Origin: Squalus acanthias
Lineage: Eukaryota
Assembly: GCA_030390025.1 (NCBI GenBank)
Contig: CM059431.1
Location: forward strand, 134,418,001-134,482,000
Direction of reading: 5' to 3'
DNA: 64,000 nt
Part shown: piece after piece, positions 61,325 to 64,000 of the stretch
Layout: each line of letters opens with the position of its first letter
How positions within the stretch are numbered: the stretch's first letter is position 1
Notes under the pieces: model-generated
The model's input: only the letters and a program-made list of their open reading frames with translations
Told to the model about the DNA's origin: nothing
The model's database searches: none
Translations under genes and position numbers: made by a program

Positions 61325-64000
61325 GACTAGAGTCCTAGCGGATCATATAACTAGGGCTGTAGAGAGGGCTTTAAACTAACTAGTGGGGGGGCAGGTTCCT
61401 AGAGAGCAAATAATAAAAATGACAACAGAGAAGGTCATAGACTTAGGTAGCAGTGGGGAAATTAAAAACCAGAGTGTGTCAGGTAGGGGCAGAAGGTATG
61501 GAGTTAAAGGTAAAGTAATAAAAAGGGCAAAAGCAGGAACTAAGTGTCACAAAACATATTTGAAAGTTCTCTATCTGAATGCACGTAGCATTCGTAACAA
61601 AATAGACGAGTTAATGGCACAAATAACTACATATGGGTATGATCTTGTGGCCATTACAGAAACATGGCTGCAGGGTGACAATGCCTGGGAATTAAACATA
61701 CCAGGTTATTTAACGATCAGGAAGGACAGGTAGGAAGGAAGGGGAGGTGGGGTGGCTATGTTAATAAAGGAAGGAATCACTGTAATACAGAGAAATGATA
61801 TTGGGTCAAAAGATCAGGATAATGAAACAGTTTGGGTGGAGATAAGGAATAATAAGGGGAAAAAAACACTAGTGGGCGTAGTCTATAGGCCTCCGAACAT
61901 TTGCAACTCTGTTGGACGGAGTATCAATCAGGAAATAGTTGAGGCTTGTAATAAGGGAACATCTATAATTATGGGGGATTTTAACTATCATATTAATTGG
62001 ACAAATCAAATTGGGCAGGGCTGCCTTGAGGATGAGTTCATTGAGTGTATTAGGGATGGGTTTCTTGAGCAGTATGTAACTGAACCGACCAGGGGGCAAG
62101 CAACCTTAGATCTGGTCCTGTGTAACGAGACAGAATTAATTAAAAATGTCCTAGTAAAGGATCCCCTTGGAATGAGTGACCATAATATGGTTGAATTCCA
62201 TATTCAATTAGAGGGTGAGAAGGTTGGATCTCAAACAAGCGTGCTAAGCTTGAATAAAGGAGACTATGAAGGTATGCGAGCAGAATCGAGTAGAGTGGAT
62301 AGGGAAAATAGATTAAAGGGTAAGACAATACATGATCAGTGGTGTACATTTAAGGAGTTATTTTACAACTTCCAAAACAAATATATTCCACTGAGAAGAA
62401 AAGAGTGTAAAAGAAAAGATAGTCATCCGTGGCTAATTAAAAAAATTAAGGATAGTATTCGACTAAAAACAAGGGCTTATAAGGTAGCCAAATCTAGTGG
62501 GAGGATAGAGGATTGGGAAAACTTTAAAAGACAGCAAAAAATAACAGAAAGATTGATTAAGAAAGGGAAGATAGATTATGAAAGTAAATTAGCAAAAAAT
62601 ATAAAAACAGATAGTAAGAGTTTTTATAGTTATATAAAAAGAAAAAGGGTGGCTAAAGTAAATGTTGGTCCCTTAGAGGATGAGACCGGGAAATTAATGG
62701 TGGGAAATATGGAGATGGCAAAAACACTGAATGAATATTTTGTATCAGTCTTTACAGTAGAGGACACTAAGAATATCCCAACATTGGACAAACAGGGGGC
62801 TAAAGAGGGGGAGGAGCTAAACACGATCAAAATCACTAAGGAAGTGGTACTCGGTAAAATAATGGGACTCAAGGCGGATAAATCACCTGGACCTGATGGC
62901 TTACATCCTAGGGTCTTCAGGGAAGTGGCGGTAGGGATTGTGGATGCATTGGTAATAATTTTCCAAAACTCCCTGGACTCAGCAAAGATCCCGGCAGACT
63001 GGAAAACTGCTAATGTAACACCCTTATTTAAAAAGGGCAGTAGACAGAAGGCTGGAAACTATAGACCGGTTAGGTATCTGTGGTAGGTAAAATTTTGGAG
63101 TCCATTATTAAGGAGACAGTAACGGGACATTTGGATAATCATAATTTAATAGGACAAAGTCAGCATGGTTTTATGAAGGAGAAGTCATGTTTGACAAATT
63201 TGCTGGAGTTCTTTCAGCCATTTGCCTTCCTTATTGCTTGCTGTACCTGCATGCTAGCTTTCTGTGTTTCTTGCACGAGGACACCCAAATCTCTCTGAAC
63301 ACCAACATTTAACAGTTTCTCATCATTTAAAAAATATTCTGTTTTTCTATTCTTCCTATCTAAGTGAATAACCTCACATTTCCCGACATTATAGTCCATT
63401 TGCCACCTTACTGCCCACTCACTTAGTCTATCTATATCCCTTTGAAGACTCTTTGTGTTCTTCTCACAGCTTAGGGGTCGGTGCTGGGTCCCCAACTCTT
63501 TACAATCTATATTAACGATTTGGAGGAGGGGACCGAGTGTAACATATCAAAGTTTGCAGATGATACAAAGATGGGAGGGAAAGTAGAAAGTGAGGAGGAC
63601 ATAAAAAACCTACAAGGGGATATAGACAGGCTGGGTGAGTGGGCGGAGATTTGGCAGATGCAATACAATATTGGAAAATGTGAGGTTATGCACTTTGGCA
63701 GGAAAAATCAGAGAGCAAGTTATTATCTTAATGGTGAGAAACTGGAAAGTACTGCAGTACAAAGGGATCTGGGGGTCCTAGTGCAAGAAAATCAAAAAGT
63801 TAGTATGAAGGTGCAGCAGGTGATCAAGAAGGCCAATGGAATGTTGGCTTTTATTGCTAGGGGGATAGATTATAAAAACAGGGAGGTATTGCTGCAGTTA
63901 TATAAGGTATTGGTGAGACCGCACCTGGAATACTGCATACAGTTTTGGTGTCCATACTTAAGAAAAGACATACTTGCTCTCGAGGCAGTACAAAGAAGGT
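61325..64000 (+). mobile_element. CR1 LINE (ORF1 end + ORF2) with an inverted segment at 63215-63471; runs off the window
   Basis: LYLNARSIRNK, ITETWL, 444-aa ORF 61752-63086 (YRPP, GDFN, SDH, SPGPDG, NYRPV), then GSVLGPQLF, KFADDTK, RPHLEYC. Confidence 0.92.

Overview
Vertebrate genomic DNA, most likely from a shark or other cartilaginous fish (inferred from the repeat families). The window holds the converging 3' ends of two ER quality-control genes, none of whose exons appear in the ORF track: the last coding exon and 3' UTR of DNAJC3 (+, 5026-5183) and the last three coding exons of UGGT2 (-, 59346-59231, 39334-39181, 34697-34675, ending in RDEL*). The rest is mostly decayed mobile DNA: CR1 and other LINEs, SacSINE1-like SINEs, PIF/Harbinger elements and MITEs, hAT remnants, and Penelope-type insertions with minimal hammerhead ribozyme motifs. 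Most notable: a 1-nt deletion that frameshifts a conserved UGGT2 exon (assembly error or null allele); five hammerhead motifs with compensatory stem changes, two inside a near-perfect palindrome with ~310-bp arms; a ~10.6-kb C-rich 28-31-bp tandem array with a CCCTAA hexamer in most units and higher-order periods; and a CR1 whose monomer-array 5' end is triplicated from a 15-bp hairpin. I find no evidence of a wholly new protein-coding system. Family assignments come from recalled motifs, not database searches.
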